DNA of 64,000 nt, from NCBI GenBank assembly GCA_964531475.1, contig CAZHCS010000002.1:4548-68547 (forward strand). Reading direction: 5' to 3'. The DNA comes from an uncultured Candidatus Saccharibacteria bacterium. GTDB taxonomy: Bacteria; Patescibacteriota; Minisyncoccia; Phycocordibacterales; CSBR16-119. Made by a program: the position numbers and the translations under genes. Below the pieces are notes generated by a model. It searched no databases. It was not told the origin of the DNA and worked only from the letters and a program-made list of their open reading frames with translations. Position 1 is the first letter of the stretch, and every line of letters begins with the position of its first letter. Positions 10,071-20,086 of this stretch are shown here, in pieces.

Positions 10071-10781
10071 TCAGACTATTTTATCCCAATTCCCTTTCAA
10101 AATATGCCGAAGACTCTCTGGGCCATGGTTCATATACAAATCGAGCGCAGATAAATATGCAGCGAATTCTTTGCTCTTATGTTGCAAATATTCTGGATGC
10201 TTGAATTCTTGGAAGATTACCTTGATCCCGGCCTCATCATACATGTGGGTTTTCAAATACGCCTTTGCGCCACTACCTGAAAGATATGTCTTTGCGCCGA
10301 GAACTTTGCATATTTCAAGCGTCACTTCTGTGCCGCCTTTGGTCGTACCTGAAAGGGGTAGGTCAGAAGCGCGAACGATCTTTGTGTCGATACCAAGTTT
10401 TTCTTTCAAGAAAAGTATTAGGTCGATATTAAAATCAGCGAGCCGCTCGTGTTTTTTTGCGTAATGATTTTCAAGAAAATGGAGAACGTCTTTGGCGTGC
10501 GGATGCTTGCCATAATTCTGCTTGAGGGTCGGTAGGTGTTTCTTGATATCAGGACTTTCCCAGTTAATCCGGACCTCGTGAATCTTGGCATTAGATGAGA
10601 GACCCGCAAGCGGCAGAGTTATCCACGTCGGTTTTCCCGAAACGAGTAATTTGTTCCTGTTCTGTACGCCGTTCTTTTCGAACTGAACAGTATCAAGAAT
10701 AACGAAGACGTCAGCAAGATGCATCTTATGGAAAAAGCCGAGCCACGGAAAGGCTTCGGGTTGATGGATAGCGACGATCAT
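10071..10781 (-). CDS. WbqC-family protein
   Basis: MIVAIHQPEAFPWLGFFHKMHLADVFVILDTVQFEKNGVQNRN... matches the WbqC-like family found in O-antigen clusters. Confidence 0.8.
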   Translation of the reverse strand: MIVAIHQPEAFPWLGFFHKMHLADVFVILDTVQFEKNGVQNRNKLLVSGKPTWITLPLAGLSSNAKIHEVRINWESPDIKKHLPTLKQNYGKHPHAKDVLHFLENHYAKKHERLADFNIDLILFLKEKLGIDTKIVRASDLPLSGTTKGGTEVTLEICKVLGAKTYLSGSGAKAYLKTHMYDEAGIKVIFQEFKHPEYLQHKSKEFAAYLSALDLYMNHGPESLRHILKGNWDKIV

Positions 10782-10785
10782 GTCT

Positions 10786-11436
10786 TTAGATCTTTAAGCT
10801 GACGCGGACAGCTTCGAATGCTTCGGCGTATTTGCAGCCGTTCTCAAAGCCGCGAATCTTGGCTCGGCCTTCTACGGCTTCAATCCAGCGCTCGCCGTAT
10901 TTCGCATGCTGACTGCGGTGCTCTTTGAGCGACTCAAGCTTCTGATCAATAGTGTCAGAAATATCGAAATAAACCTGGGCGCGAAACGGATGATATGAGC
11001 GACCAGATGGTGGAATAGGTTCGTACATAAAGATATTGTACATGTAGCGCGCGGCCGAAATCGTCGACTGGGCAGTATTCTTGTGATCCTGGTGAGTGTC
11101 GAATATCCAGTGAGTGAATATATAATCCGGCTTGAATTCGCTCATAATGGCATCAAGGGCTTCGACGGTCGAGCCATTATACGGGACGTTCTTGTTCGGG
11201 AAGTTCAGGACTACGAGATCGGTCACGCCGAGCTTGGCCGCGGCGGCCCGGCCTTCGGTCATAGCTTCGTCGACTGTCCGCAAAACCGTACCGTCAAAAT
11301 TCTGATACGAGGAATCGGTCATGACGACCATTTTGACCTTGTGACCTTCTTTGACAGCCTTGGCCAAAATGCCGCCGCAGGCGAGTTCGATATCATCCAA
11401 ATGGGCTCCGATGGCTAAAATATTCATACGATTCAA
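10786..11436 (-). CDS. PIG-L/LmbE-family N-acetylglucosaminyl deacetylase
   Basis: ILAIGAHLDDIELACGG...PDYIFTHWIFDTHQDH. Confidence 0.8.
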   Translation of the reverse strand: MNRMNILAIGAHLDDIELACGGILAKAVKEGHKVKMVVMTDSSYQNFDGTVLRTVDEAMTEGRAAAAKLGVTDLVVLNFPNKNVPYNGSTVEALDAIMSEFKPDYIFTHWIFDTHQDHKNTAQSTISAARYMYNIFMYEPIPPSGRSYHPFRAQVYFDISDTIDQKLESLKEHRSQHAKYGERWIEAVEGRAKIRGFENGCKYAEAFEAVRVSLKI

Positions 11437-11463
11437 GTGCTCACAATTTACAACAGATTCCCG

Positions 11464-11497
11464 GAAAAAGCAAAAGGTCCCGACATTGTCGGGACCT
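11464..11497 (-). terminator. Rho-independent terminator between the two PIG-L genes
   Basis: ggtcccgac-attg-tcgggacc followed on the minus strand by TTTTGCTTTTT. Confidence 0.6.
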
Positions 11498-11513
11498 TCG
11501 CAAAGAACGTGGT

Positions 11514-12245
11514 TCAGGCCGAGACCGAGAGGCCGATCCTTTCCGGAACAACCTTGATGCCCATGCCAGCCGGCAGCATGTACCGGGTAGGACGCATGAT
11601 CTGTGCAAGCTCCGGATGGAGATCGCCATAGCGCGTGATCCGGACGAAAGCCTCAGCGTTCATGACAGTAGGACTTGTCATCTCGAAGGCACGCGTTTCC
11701 TGCATCTCGAGATTCCCTGCCCACAGTGCATCTGCGTCCTGGCTCGTCATGCAGCGGACCATCTTTTCCTTCGTCTCCAGAACGTCGGTAATGTCGACGT
11801 AGTGGGTCGGATAGAAAGCGAGGTTCTGCGGACGCGGGCCGATCGAGAAGACCTCGAAGGCGAACAGCTCGGTATTCACGCCCTTCTGGAGGAACGGCTC
11901 GATGGTGAGCGCAGAGAGTAGCCGATGATCGGGATTCACATCAACCGGCCAATGAGTGAAGACGAGGTCGGGCTGGTAACTCTTCACCAGCTCGCCGAAT
12001 TCGCGGCGGACCTCGGCCGTCATCACCGGGTTCAGTTCTTCAAGCTTCCAGAACGTCGGTTCGAGGCCGATCAGAGCATGGCTCTTGCGGCTTTCTTCTT
12101 CACGGACCTTGCGGACGCTTTCGTCCGTCGTGAGCGTCGTCACGAGCGAAACGATATCGTGGCCAGCGTCAACGAGACGCTTCAATGTGCCGCCGAAGCC
12201 GGTCTCCATGTCATCGGGGTGGGCAGTAACGGACAGGATCCTCAT
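11514..12245 (-). CDS. Second PIG-L/LmbE-family deacetylase
   Basis: MRILSVTAHPDDMETGFGG...PDLVFTHWPVDVNPDH; the track ORF extends to 12281 but the MRIL start at 12245 fits the family. Confidence 0.75.
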   Translation of the reverse strand: MRILSVTAHPDDMETGFGGTLKRLVDAGHDIVSLVTTLTTDESVRKVREEESRKSHALIGLEPTFWKLEELNPVMTAEVRREFGELVKSYQPDLVFTHWPVDVNPDHRLLSALTIEPFLQKGVNTELFAFEVFSIGPRPQNLAFYPTHYVDITDVLETKEKMVRCMTSQDADALWAGNLEMQETRAFEMTSPTVMNAEAFVRITRYGDLHPELAQIMRPTRYMLPAGMGIKVVPERIGLSVSA

Positions 12246-12304
12246 GTCTTTTGGTTTTAAGGTTTGACGACACACTAGCATACTTTGCTGCTAATGTCAA
12301 CTAC

Positions 12305-12991
12305 CTACCTCCCTATGATGTTCTTGAGCTCGGGGCCGATATTGAAGAGCGCATCCAAGACACACATATTCGGTATGAACTCACCCCACTTCTGTTCGTA
12401 GACAGGATGCTTGAAATTTTGCCAGATAAGATCGATATTGTTTTCTTTTAGGACATTTTCCAACAAATAATCCCGGGCACCATCTCCACTCAAGTAGGTG
12501 TCAGCGCCGACGGCGCGACACATTGCAGCGATCCGTGCAGTTGGCTCCCCACCTGTCGGAACCTTGAGATCACGGATATGAACGATCTTCGTCTTTGATT
12601 CGAGTACGCCTAAAACGAAGTGGAAGAATTTCAAACTGACATCGGCAAGGCCTGTATCCTCTCTACAGGATTCGTATATTGTTTCGATGCGTGGGAAATA
12701 CTCGTCGAAATATTTTGCGCCGGCATATGCGCCTTTGATCGCACCTAAATGCTGCTTGATGTAATCCTGATTGGCAATTTTTATATCTTTAATGAGATCC
12801 GTCTGATGTTCGTAGGCAACGGGAATGGTGAGCCAGAGCGGTCCGTTCGCCGTCTTGATGAGGTTTCTGTTCTGATGGCCCTGCTTCACATACTGGAAAT
12901 CGTCGACGAGGATGAAAACGTCTGACTTAATAAGCTTATCGAATAATCCAAGATATGGTAGGAAATGGACTTGATGGGCCGAGCAGATCAT
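12305..12991 (-). CDS. Second WbqC-family protein
   Basis: MICSAHQVHFLPYLGLFDKLIKSDVFILVDDFQYVKQGHQNRN...; the ATG at 12991 lies two bases after the upstream gene's stop. Confidence 0.75.
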   Translation of the reverse strand: MICSAHQVHFLPYLGLFDKLIKSDVFILVDDFQYVKQGHQNRNLIKTANGPLWLTIPVAYEHQTDLIKDIKIANQDYIKQHLGAIKGAYAGAKYFDEYFPRIETIYESCREDTGLADVSLKFFHFVLGVLESKTKIVHIRDLKVPTGGEPTARIAAMCRAVGADTYLSGDGARDYLLENVLKENNIDLIWQNFKHPVYEQKWGEFIPNMCVLDALFNIGPELKNIIGR

Positions 12992-12992
12992 A

Positions 12993-13721
12993 TTATTTCT
13001 TGAACACGTACAAAAGATACGGAAAATAAAATTTCGAAGCGAAGAGCGAGCGAGAGAGAAACCGCTCGAGCTTATTGCGGGAATCGACAAGGAAGCCGAG
13101 GTAATGCGCGCCAGTGATCTTTTGTGTATCGGAAATGATGAAGGCGGGATTGCCTTTGAAGATCGTCCCCCCACCAACGACGGACTCGCGAGCGAAGCGG
13201 TAGTCGCCGAAAAAATTCCGCAGACTCCTGTCCTTCATCCGCACTTTCGGAGAAAAGAAATAACCAAGCTTGTTGTGCGACGAAAATGCAAGTGTGCCGC
13301 CCGGCTTTAATTTTGAAATTGCTTCACGTAAAGCCTTTTCGCGCAATTCTTTGGTCTCGATGTAGTCGATCGAGTTCATGGGGAAAATGACAGCATCAAA
13401 ATCTCCTCCAATATTTGAAAGGTCGCAAGCATCACCAAGAACAAAAGAAACTTTTGGAAAATCTTGAGGCGGGAAATTCTGTGTAGCCGCGTCAGTGAGT
13501 TTCCGAGAACGATCAACCGAGACAACACTATTTCCATACAAAAGAAGATTCGCTGGGAGTCGCCCGGCTCCCCCACCTATGACCAAGACATGCTTCGCCT
13601 TGATGTCGTATCGATCAATTAAATACTTTTCTGGATTATTAAGACTCCGCAGGCGTGTTGAATTTGCCGCATATTTGGCAACGACTTGATCTGACTCATA
13701 GAGATTTTTATTTTCTTGCAT
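12993..13721 (-). CDS. Class I SAM-dependent methyltransferase
   Basis: HVLVIGGGAGRLPANLL...DAVIFPMNSIDYIETKELREKALREAISKLKPGGTLAF. Confidence 0.75.
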   Translation of the reverse strand: MQENKNLYESDQVVAKYAANSTRLRSLNNPEKYLIDRYDIKAKHVLVIGGGAGRLPANLLLYGNSVVSVDRSRKLTDAATQNFPPQDFPKVSFVLGDACDLSNIGGDFDAVIFPMNSIDYIETKELREKALREAISKLKPGGTLAFSSHNKLGYFFSPKVRMKDRSLRNFFGDYRFARESVVGGGTIFKGNPAFIISDTQKITGAHYLGFLVDSRNKLERFLSRSLFASKFYFPYLLYVFKK

Positions 13722-14694
13722 GAATATTGCTCAAGAAATTCATAAACGCATCAAAGTTTTTCTCGACCGAATAGTTCTCGGCGATATACGCGCGCAAATT
13801 CCGAGAATATTCTTTTCTCTTTTCAACGTCTAAAATCAAGTTTTCCAAAGCGGCCCTCCAACCCTCGCGCGTACCGACGAGCGCGCCAGACTTACCATCA
13901 GTAATCATCTGACAGGCTGACGGCGTAAAGTCGGTCACGACCGGTAGGCCAAGCTGCGAGAAGACGTAGAGTCTGCCCGGATTGTTCGACATTTTAAACC
14001 GCAAGACATAATCATTCTTCACGTAATTTACCAAATTTCTGAAGAAGCTTTTAAATGGTCGCGCTAGAAGTTTGGGTGTTGGCAAGGCTGACGGCGCGAT
14101 ACCAATATCACAATTCTTTAGGTCTTCCAAGAATTTACCCTCCTCCCACTGCACATGCGTAACCGGGCAAACAGATGGATGATTCTGTCTCCAGGTACCG
14201 AGCTTCTTGATATTGTAAATCGCGCGAAGCTCGATATCGCGCGATTTTGCGATCTCGTCGAGTGCCCACGAAACGTCCGCCATACCATCAAGATGCTGTT
14301 TGTTGCCATGGTAACCGATAATAACCCGGCCATTGTTCGTGTGGACCTTTTCTGACGCCGGCACATCTGGAAACATGTAGTAAATAAAAATGTTTTTATT
14401 GTATTTCAAGAAAAAGTCACGTTGCTCTATTGAACTTACAATCAAAAAATCTGCAGCGCGAGACTCTTTGCGCTGATGACGAGTTGTGACTTTTGGATCA
14501 AATATACCGACAAGCATATTTGGGTTCTTCTTTTTCGCATCCCGTACGCGGGAATCCGGCGCCATAAAAAGCGCGACATCATAGGCTTCGTAATTGTCCC
14601 AATCATTTTTGACAACTTCGGCCAAACGCCTAGCGAGACCGTTTAAGACGAGTGTTCCTGCGGCGTTATAGTTTGTGTTGATGACGAATTTCAT
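13708..14694 (-). CDS. Putative glycosyltransferase (GT-B C-terminal domain)
   Basis: ...VFSQLGLPVVTDFTPSACQMITDGKSGALVGTREGWRAALENLILD resembles a GT-B C-terminal domain. Confidence 0.4.
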   Translation of the reverse strand: MKFVINTNYNAAGTLVLNGLARRLAEVVKNDWDNYEAYDVALFMAPDSRVRDAKKKNPNMLVGIFDPKVTTRHQRKESRAADFLIVSSIEQRDFFLKYNKNIFIYYMFPDVPASEKVHTNNGRVIIGYHGNKQHLDGMADVSWALDEIAKSRDIELRAIYNIKKLGTWRQNHPSVCPVTHVQWEEGKFLEDLKNCDIGIAPSALPTPKLLARPFKSFFRNLVNYVKNDYVLRFKMSNNPGRLYVFSQLGLPVVTDFTPSACQMITDGKSGALVGTREGWRAALENLILDVEKRKEYSRNLRAYIAENYSVEKNFDAFMNFLSNIHARK

Positions 14695-14806
14695 CCCATT
14701 AGAAACAGGTCGCGGTCATTCCGCTTTCTGTAACGATTATATTTTTTCTAATAATTCGATTCATAGAAAAATTATTTTATATATTGACCGCAGTTTCTAA
14801 CGGGGT

Positions 14807-15442
14807 TCATGCAGGATAAATGACGGCCCAGATCTCGCCAAACTGCACCGTGTGATGATCAATGCGATACCCCGCCTGCTCGAACTCGTTCTTGAACTGC
14901 GCAAATGTATACTCGGTGAAGTGTGTGGTATCGAGACGATGGTCGAGACCAAGCTCTTTTTTGTAGAGAGTCACCCATTCCCTGTCGATCATCGGGACAC
15001 GGAAAAGAAATTTGTCAGCAAGCGGCCTGATGCTTTTAAGAAAATTTACACGGTCATCGATATGCTCTAAAACGTTTGACATAATAATTATGTCAAATTT
15101 CTCATTGGACAGATCTTTTGTTGCATCAGCGACACGGTATTCGAGATTCGGAGCCGAGGCTTTCCGTTTGGCTTTCTCAATATTTTTTTCTTCGATATCG
15201 ATACCAAGAACGCTTTTAGCAGACGCGGCTACGTCTTTAGCAAGAGACCCGCTTCCACAACCTATATCCAAAACCCGATCGTTTTGGCTGACATTTCTGG
15301 TAAAAAATTCATGATAGCCGATTAGGCGATGCTTTGGATGCTCACCACCTTCGACTTTTATAGCAAGAAATGATATGAGCTTGTAAGAAAAGCTGTGTAG
15401 TTTAAGGGCGAGTATTAGAAAGATTTTATATATTTTCTTCAT
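14807..15442 (-). CDS. Class I SAM-dependent methyltransferase (Methyltransf_11/12-like)
   Basis: RVLDIGCGSGSLAKDVA...FDIIIMSNVLEHIDD. Confidence 0.75.
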   Translation of the reverse strand: MKKIYKIFLILALKLHSFSYKLISFLAIKVEGGEHPKHRLIGYHEFFTRNVSQNDRVLDIGCGSGSLAKDVAASAKSVLGIDIEEKNIEKAKRKASAPNLEYRVADATKDLSNEKFDIIIMSNVLEHIDDRVNFLKSIRPLADKFLFRVPMIDREWVTLYKKELGLDHRLDTTHFTEYTFAQFKNEFEQAGYRIDHHTVQFGEIWAVIYPA

Positions 15443-16556
15443 GAAAAAGTGTTTTATAAACCTGAAGCTCTCGTTCTATAGTCACCGGCAGGCTCTGCCG
15501 AGTTGCGATATATTCCCGAGCGTTATGACCAAGTCTAGCACGGAGCTCTGGATTTTCAAGAAGTACTTTAATAGCCAAATGAAATCCCTCTGGTGTCGGT
15601 TCCGCCAGCAACCCTGTTTCATTATGCGCAATAACTTCACGAATACCCTTCGCATCAGCACCGACGCACGCAAGCCCTACTGCCATAGCCTCTAGAAGCG
15701 ATTTTGGATTACCTTCGTGAAGTGATGGGAGCGCGTAAACTTCGGTCTTCCCAAACTCTTCGATCAAACGACTTTGCGGAATATTGCCAAGAAATGTAAC
15801 AGAAACTCTTGTCCGCTCGGCAGCCTCTACCGCATCGGCCTTGAGGCTCCCCGACCCTGCAACAACCAAATGCGCCGGCAGACCTTCGAGTGACTCGACG
15901 AGTGTTGCGATATTTTTCTGCGGCTCAAGACGTCCGACAAACAAGACACGTCCCGGCTCCGGTGTGACAGGGATCGGCTTGAATCGCTCGATGTCGATAT
16001 AGTTCGGAATGACCGTAATCTTATCCGATGTAATGTGAAATGTTTCTGAAATAAATTTCTTGTCGGCTTCGGACGTAATGATGATCTTGTCGGCTGCGCG
16101 GTATGAAATACGTTCGACGGTTTTGGCGATCCAGATTTTAATCGGACTAAGACCATTTCTTGTGGCAAAGTCATACCATTCATAACCACAACGCACCAAA
16201 AATTTTTTGTTAAAGATTTTTTTCGCAATGACGCCAGCCCATGATCCGTCCATCTGGTTCGTCTTTATAATATCCACACTACGAAATACCCTTGCATAAA
16301 TAAATGGTATCAGGAAAACGTAAAGATTGGACGGTATCCATGATGGTCGAGGAACAATTATTATATTTTTTGGCAAACAAGAGGAAAGAGATCTTTCTGA
16401 TTTATCACCATAAGTAAAGAAATATATTTTTTTACAGTGACCAGCTAGTTCTGAGTAAAGTTTGACTTCACGATCAAAATTACCAACTTTTTTCCATGTT
16501 GCAAGAGAAATGCCGCGAGTGAAAAGAAGTGCGAGCGTTATATCTTTTGTCTTCAT
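15426..16556 (-). CDS. Glycosyltransferase family 4
   Basis: ...EVYALPSLHEGNPKSLLEAMAVGLACVGADAKGIREVIAHNETGLL. Confidence 0.85.
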   Translation of the reverse strand: MKTKDITLALLFTRGISLATWKKVGNFDREVKLYSELAGHCKKIYFFTYGDKSERSLSSCLPKNIIIVPRPSWIPSNLYVFLIPFIYARVFRSVDIIKTNQMDGSWAGVIAKKIFNKKFLVRCGYEWYDFATRNGLSPIKIWIAKTVERISYRAADKIIITSEADKKFISETFHITSDKITVIPNYIDIERFKPIPVTPEPGRVLFVGRLEPQKNIATLVESLEGLPAHLVVAGSGSLKADAVEAAERTRVSVTFLGNIPQSRLIEEFGKTEVYALPSLHEGNPKSLLEAMAVGLACVGADAKGIREVIAHNETGLLAEPTPEGFHLAIKVLLENPELRARLGHNAREYIATRQSLPVTIERELQVYKTLFHEENI

Positions 16557-16559
16557 GAT

Positions 16560-18602
16560 TTAAACCTGCCAGAAATTATAGAGCGTGATATTTGGGAATT
16601 CATCCATAGAGCGTTCTATGTAATCTATCATCACGCGACTTTGCTCTACCCCTGGATTTAAATCATATGCTTGCCTAGCCGCCTTTCTCGCATCTAAAAA
16701 CTTGGCCTGGTATAGATATGCTACCGCCTTCATCCAGTATGTCTGGGGAGCCTGTGGAACCAAGAGCGCAGCCTTGTCCAACGTTTCGTGAGCCTTGTCG
16801 AGATTATTCACCTCAAACAATCTTTGGTATATGTATAGGTTAGCCAACGTTAAATGCATGCGGTAGTCATCGGGCCGACCAAGCAAATATTTCTCAGCTT
16901 CTGCCGCAAAGAATTCAGTCTCTTTCGCAAAATCGGCAACCTTTTGCGGATCATTTAGTATTTCAGGTTTTGCCGATATACCACGCTGAAAGTCTGATAT
17001 TGATTTCCAAAGAATTGTTGCTGGATCGACAGGAGAAGAGAAAAGGTCTGGGTATCTTTCAAGACGTCGCACGCTCGAGCCTACAGTGTGCACAAATCCG
17101 TTTGCCTTCTGGGCCCTGATTATCGGTGATGTGCCTATCACAAACAAATACGCGCATCCAGCCACGAGCACTATGCCGGTCACCCTTGAAGCTAGCGCTC
17201 CAAAAACTACCGCGCCACTCTTACTTGTACGCTCTTTATACGTATCGTGCAAGACGGAAGCAGCAAGAGCGGCCATGACAACTACAGCGATATAAGAAAT
17301 TGTGGTATCGAAAGCAGTCTGCAGCTCCAAAAAGTGTCCTGTGAAATACACAGCCAAAACCGCCGCCAAAGCCTGCCTTTTTTTATCCCCTGAAACAAGT
17401 ACGACATACAACATACCGACAATTATGACGATATAAACAAGAACATATACAGAAACGCCGACTATTCCAGTCTCGACACGCTGATCTATAATTATGTTGT
17501 GAGCGCGATCAAACCACGGCTCAGCACCATTCTTCTTTTCGAGCAAACGGTTGTCGTAATATTTTTCAAACCCGCGATCGAAGTTGTCAGTTCCCCAGCC
17601 CCAAACTGGACGATCGAGGGCCGCTTTGCGTGATAGCTCCCAAACTATTGGTCGCGCTGGAGTTTCTTGCGAGAGATATGCTTCGTTCAAAAAACCCCCT
17701 GGTACAGTAAAGGATCTTATGGCAATAGCCAAAATTACCACTCCGGAAACGGTAAGCCCTACAGCTAAACCTTTGCGGATTTGCGATGATTTAATGCGAG
17801 AAATACCTAGAATCACTGCGAGCCCAAGCACAGTAATAAGAGCTGTCATGGCCGAGGCCTGTGCACCACCGATAACAGTGAGTGGTTCTTTCAAAACATT
17901 AACATCACCAAGCCAGACGTTTTTGTTTATGAAAAAAGGGTTAATAATAAATACTATAGGCAAAAGCCAGTGCCACCATCGCCTGTTGCTAATTTCGGCA
18001 TAGACGTAATAAAAAGAAAGCGCAAATGCAGCGTAGACATACATGGCCGCGAATGAAGAGTTACCAAATGTAAAACCTTCCCATTCGGTCTTGGAAAAAA
18101 TTATGCTAAAGCCGTCTCGGCCAAGAAGTGCGCCGATTGAAAATATTGCTGAAGAAACAAGAAAAACCTTTATGAACCTACGGCGCTTTTCCAAGTCTGA
18201 AAATACAGACATGAGAAACATGTAGAAAAGTCCCAAATGGATAAGATAAAAAATTCCGGACATTCGAGTCATGCGCGACCAAAACGATGTGTGCATATCA
18301 ACTCCCATGAACCCGGAAACTACCGTAAGAACAAGAAGTAAGACCAAAGCTATAGTTATTGGCGATTTAGCCACGCTTATGCGTGCCTTGCCAGATAGCA
18401 TTGCAAGACCAAAAACAAGGGTTAGGATCTCGACAATAACGATAAGATTTACCGCTCGTGACGTAGTTCCGTAAAAAAGATGTTCGATATAAAACACGAA
18501 TGGAAACAAGGCAATAAATGCATAAAGTGTCCATTCGAGAAATTTGTTCAAAGTCGCGCTCCTGGTGTCTATAAACATGGGCCAAGTATAGCCGATTTCC
18601 AC
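16560..18602 (-). CDS. O-antigen-ligase-like polytopic membrane protein with C-terminal TPR repeats
   Basis: AHNIIIDQRVETGIVG (Wzy_C-like) in a 12+ TM core; C-terminal TPR-like YWMKAVAYLYQAKFLDARKAARQAYDLNP. Confidence 0.6.
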   Translation of the reverse strand: MEIGYTWPMFIDTRSATLNKFLEWTLYAFIALFPFVFYIEHLFYGTTSRAVNLIVIVEILTLVFGLAMLSGKARISVAKSPITIALVLLLVLTVVSGFMGVDMHTSFWSRMTRMSGIFYLIHLGLFYMFLMSVFSDLEKRRRFIKVFLVSSAIFSIGALLGRDGFSIIFSKTEWEGFTFGNSSFAAMYVYAAFALSFYYVYAEISNRRWWHWLLPIVFIINPFFINKNVWLGDVNVLKEPLTVIGGAQASAMTALITVLGLAVILGISRIKSSQIRKGLAVGLTVSGVVILAIAIRSFTVPGGFLNEAYLSQETPARPIVWELSRKAALDRPVWGWGTDNFDRGFEKYYDNRLLEKKNGAEPWFDRAHNIIIDQRVETGIVGVSVYVLVYIVIIVGMLYVVLVSGDKKRQALAAVLAVYFTGHFLELQTAFDTTISYIAVVVMAALAASVLHDTYKERTSKSGAVVFGALASRVTGIVLVAGCAYLFVIGTSPIIRAQKANGFVHTVGSSVRRLERYPDLFSSPVDPATILWKSISDFQRGISAKPEILNDPQKVADFAKETEFFAAEAEKYLLGRPDDYRMHLTLANLYIYQRLFEVNNLDKAHETLDKAALLVPQAPQTYWMKAVAYLYQAKFLDARKAARQAYDLNPGVEQSRVMIDYIERSMDEFPNITLYNFWQV

Positions 18603-18620
18603 GGGGCTTTCAATTGGCTA

Positions 18621-18648
18621 TGAAAACACCCCCTTGACGGGGGCGTTT
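18621..18648 (-). terminator. Rho-independent terminator after the 18660..19976 gene
   Basis: cgccccc-gtcaa-gggggtg followed on the minus strand by TTTTCAT. Confidence 0.55.
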
Positions 18649-18659
18649 CAATTTTTGTA

Positions 18660-19976
18660 TCAAGGAACCTGCTCATGCCTAATCAGTGTAGGAACATTAC
18701 CTCCTATCGTCTGTAACACTAAGTCGCGGTCGTTGCCTGTCCCCGTGTATTTTACGGCACCATCAAGATTCACGTCTTCGGGCATATAACCGACAACCAT
18801 ATTCGTCGGAACAAGTCCGCCGATGGCTACCAAGATCGGATCACGATCATTATTGGTTCCAGTGTAACTAACCTTACTGGGCTCGAGTGTCTCAGTGTTA
18901 CCAGGCCAGAGCATCATCACTCCCCCATCGTTTTTCATGGCTTCGTTACCCCACATAGCAGTCAATGGTGAGGTAAAATCGACCATGCTTCCCGATATAA
19001 TCGGGGTTGCAGTCATGGCGCCAAGATGATTACGGTGGCGCACAACGACATGATGGCTCGTGTCCGAAGTCAGAAAGTGTGGCACTGAACTACCATCTAG
19101 ATCGACAATGTCGCCATCTCTTTGGAGCAGTAAACTTCTTACGGCTGAGACGATTACCGGATCAAGCGCATCACGTAACTCCACACGTATCCAATCGACA
19201 ATCGCATCGGTGCCGGCAGTTGCTAGTACTGAGGCATGTATGGAGTCACCACCTATGTAAGGATCGTTTAGCGGAACTAGCCCCTGTGCGCGCAGGCTAT
19301 CATTCATTATGCCGTCATTTTCGAACGGGCCAGAGAGGAAGGCTTTTGCGGACAACATAAAGTCTGTGATCTTGGTGCCGTAAACCCTGACGCTGTCGAT
19401 TGAGACTGTGCCGGCACTACCTGAACTGCCATTTCCATACAGTCTGAAAACCAGGTCCGTCACCCCATCGACATAACCAGGCGACACTAACTGAAAATCC
19501 CAATTAGTCCAGGTACCCTCTGATGTCAGCACAAGAGAATCAAGACTTGTTACGAATCCATCAAGACTTGATCGTAAGTGAAATATTGTTGGCCCACTTC
19601 CCGAACGAGAAATCCAAAGACTTATACCCTCAACCATAATAATGTTTCCGGGGTTCACTGTTAACGCAAAAGCACAGTGATCTCCGACATCAAACGAGAG
19701 AGAGGTCGGCCAGCCACGGCGGATCAACGCCCTATCAGCAGCCTGCCCAGACGTACCACTAGTGAACCCGTTACCAACCGGAAAAATGTTTGGAGTAACG
19801 ACCGTTAACCCTGTCACGACTACGGTGTCAAAATAAGTAGGGTTCAATGTGCCTGGATTTGTCGGTGGCTCAAAAAGCCATTCAGCTAACACATGCTCGT
19901 CCACTTGAGATACTACTTTGCAAGGAGCAAGCGCGGCGATCATAATAATGACCGCAAAGAAAATCAAGTTCTTCAT
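18660..19976 (-). CDS. Secreted protein with tandem D-x-N-x-D-G calcium-binding-like repeats
   Basis: Signal peptide MKNLIFFAVIIMIAALAPC; C-terminal repeats KVSYTGTNNDRDPILVAIGGLVPT / DVNLDGAVKYTGTGNDRDLVLQTIGGNVPT. Confidence 0.5.
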   Translation of the reverse strand: MKNLIFFAVIIMIAALAPCKVVSQVDEHVLAEWLFEPPTNPGTLNPTYFDTVVVTGLTVVTPNIFPVGNGFTSGTSGQAADRALIRRGWPTSLSFDVGDHCAFALTVNPGNIIMVEGISLWISRSGSGPTIFHLRSSLDGFVTSLDSLVLTSEGTWTNWDFQLVSPGYVDGVTDLVFRLYGNGSSGSAGTVSIDSVRVYGTKITDFMLSAKAFLSGPFENDGIMNDSLRAQGLVPLNDPYIGGDSIHASVLATAGTDAIVDWIRVELRDALDPVIVSAVRSLLLQRDGDIVDLDGSSVPHFLTSDTSHHVVVRHRNHLGAMTATPIISGSMVDFTSPLTAMWGNEAMKNDGGVMMLWPGNTETLEPSKVSYTGTNNDRDPILVAIGGLVPTNMVVGYMPEDVNLDGAVKYTGTGNDRDLVLQTIGGNVPTLIRHEQVP

Positions 19977-20017
19977 GTTTGCGATTTTGGTTTGATAAGA
20001 GCTTAACAGAAATCAGG

Positions 20018-20059
20018 CAAAAACAAAACCGCCCCTTTCGGGGCGGTTTTGTTTTTGTT
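20018..20059. terminator. Bidirectional terminator hairpin
   Basis: aaccgcccc-tttc-ggggcggtt flanked by A-run and T-run. Confidence 0.6.
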
Positions 20060-20086
20060 AACAGTTTACACTGTCGAGCCTAAACG

